This document shows, piece after piece, positions 63,855-64,000 of a DNA stretch of 64,000 nt (position 1 is its first letter; each line of letters begins with the position of its first letter). The position numbers and the translations under genes are program-made. The notes under the pieces were generated by a model. The model saw only the letters and a list, made by a program, of their open reading frames with translations. It did not search any database and was not told the origin of the DNA. The DNA is from Mobula hypostoma. Taxonomy: Eukaryota. The DNA is taken from the NCBI RefSeq assembly GCF_963921235.1, contig NC_086108.1, positions 83,764,001 to 83,828,000 on the forward strand. Direction: 5' to 3'.

Positions 63855-64000
63855 CAAATTAGCAATTTATCAGTTTATTAATTCACCAGACTGAATAATG
63901 GCCCTGTACTTGGAAATGTACATTCATCTAAGTCCTGTCTCACTTAAAACATTGCTCAGTAGCTGAAAGGATGAAAGGAATAAATTCTACAGCCAATAAT

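Overview
This is eukaryotic, repeat-dense vertebrate DNA. The repeat spectrum (CR1 LINEs, Penelope-like elements, V-SINE/HE1-like SINEs, Rex1-type LINEs) suggests a cartilaginous fish, probably a ray; this is inference. No intact host gene can be identified, and nearly all long ORFs are transposon fragments. The window holds several CR1 families, about 15 Penelope-like (GIY-YIG) copies, three decayed Gypsy LTR elements, a solo LTR, an L1-clade 3' fragment, Rex1- and RTE-derived pieces, a Sleeping Beauty-type Tc1, hAT MITEs and SINEs. Many are nested, with readable target-site duplications (TSDs). Most notable: (1) minimal hammerhead ribozymes in the Penelope terminal repeats, plus a recurring TSD-flanked 'inverted end plus tail' insertion layout; (2) a ~590-bp decayed coding fragment of unknown origin replacing pol inside a Gypsy element; (3) a Sleeping Beauty-like Tc1 with two right ends; (4) a tRNA-derived SINE resembling invertebrate Nin-type SINEs; (5) a tentative minus-strand host gene 5' end (TATA and short exon near 32.55 kb, ATG exon at 7.7 kb). 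Family assignments come from recalled motifs, not database searches.
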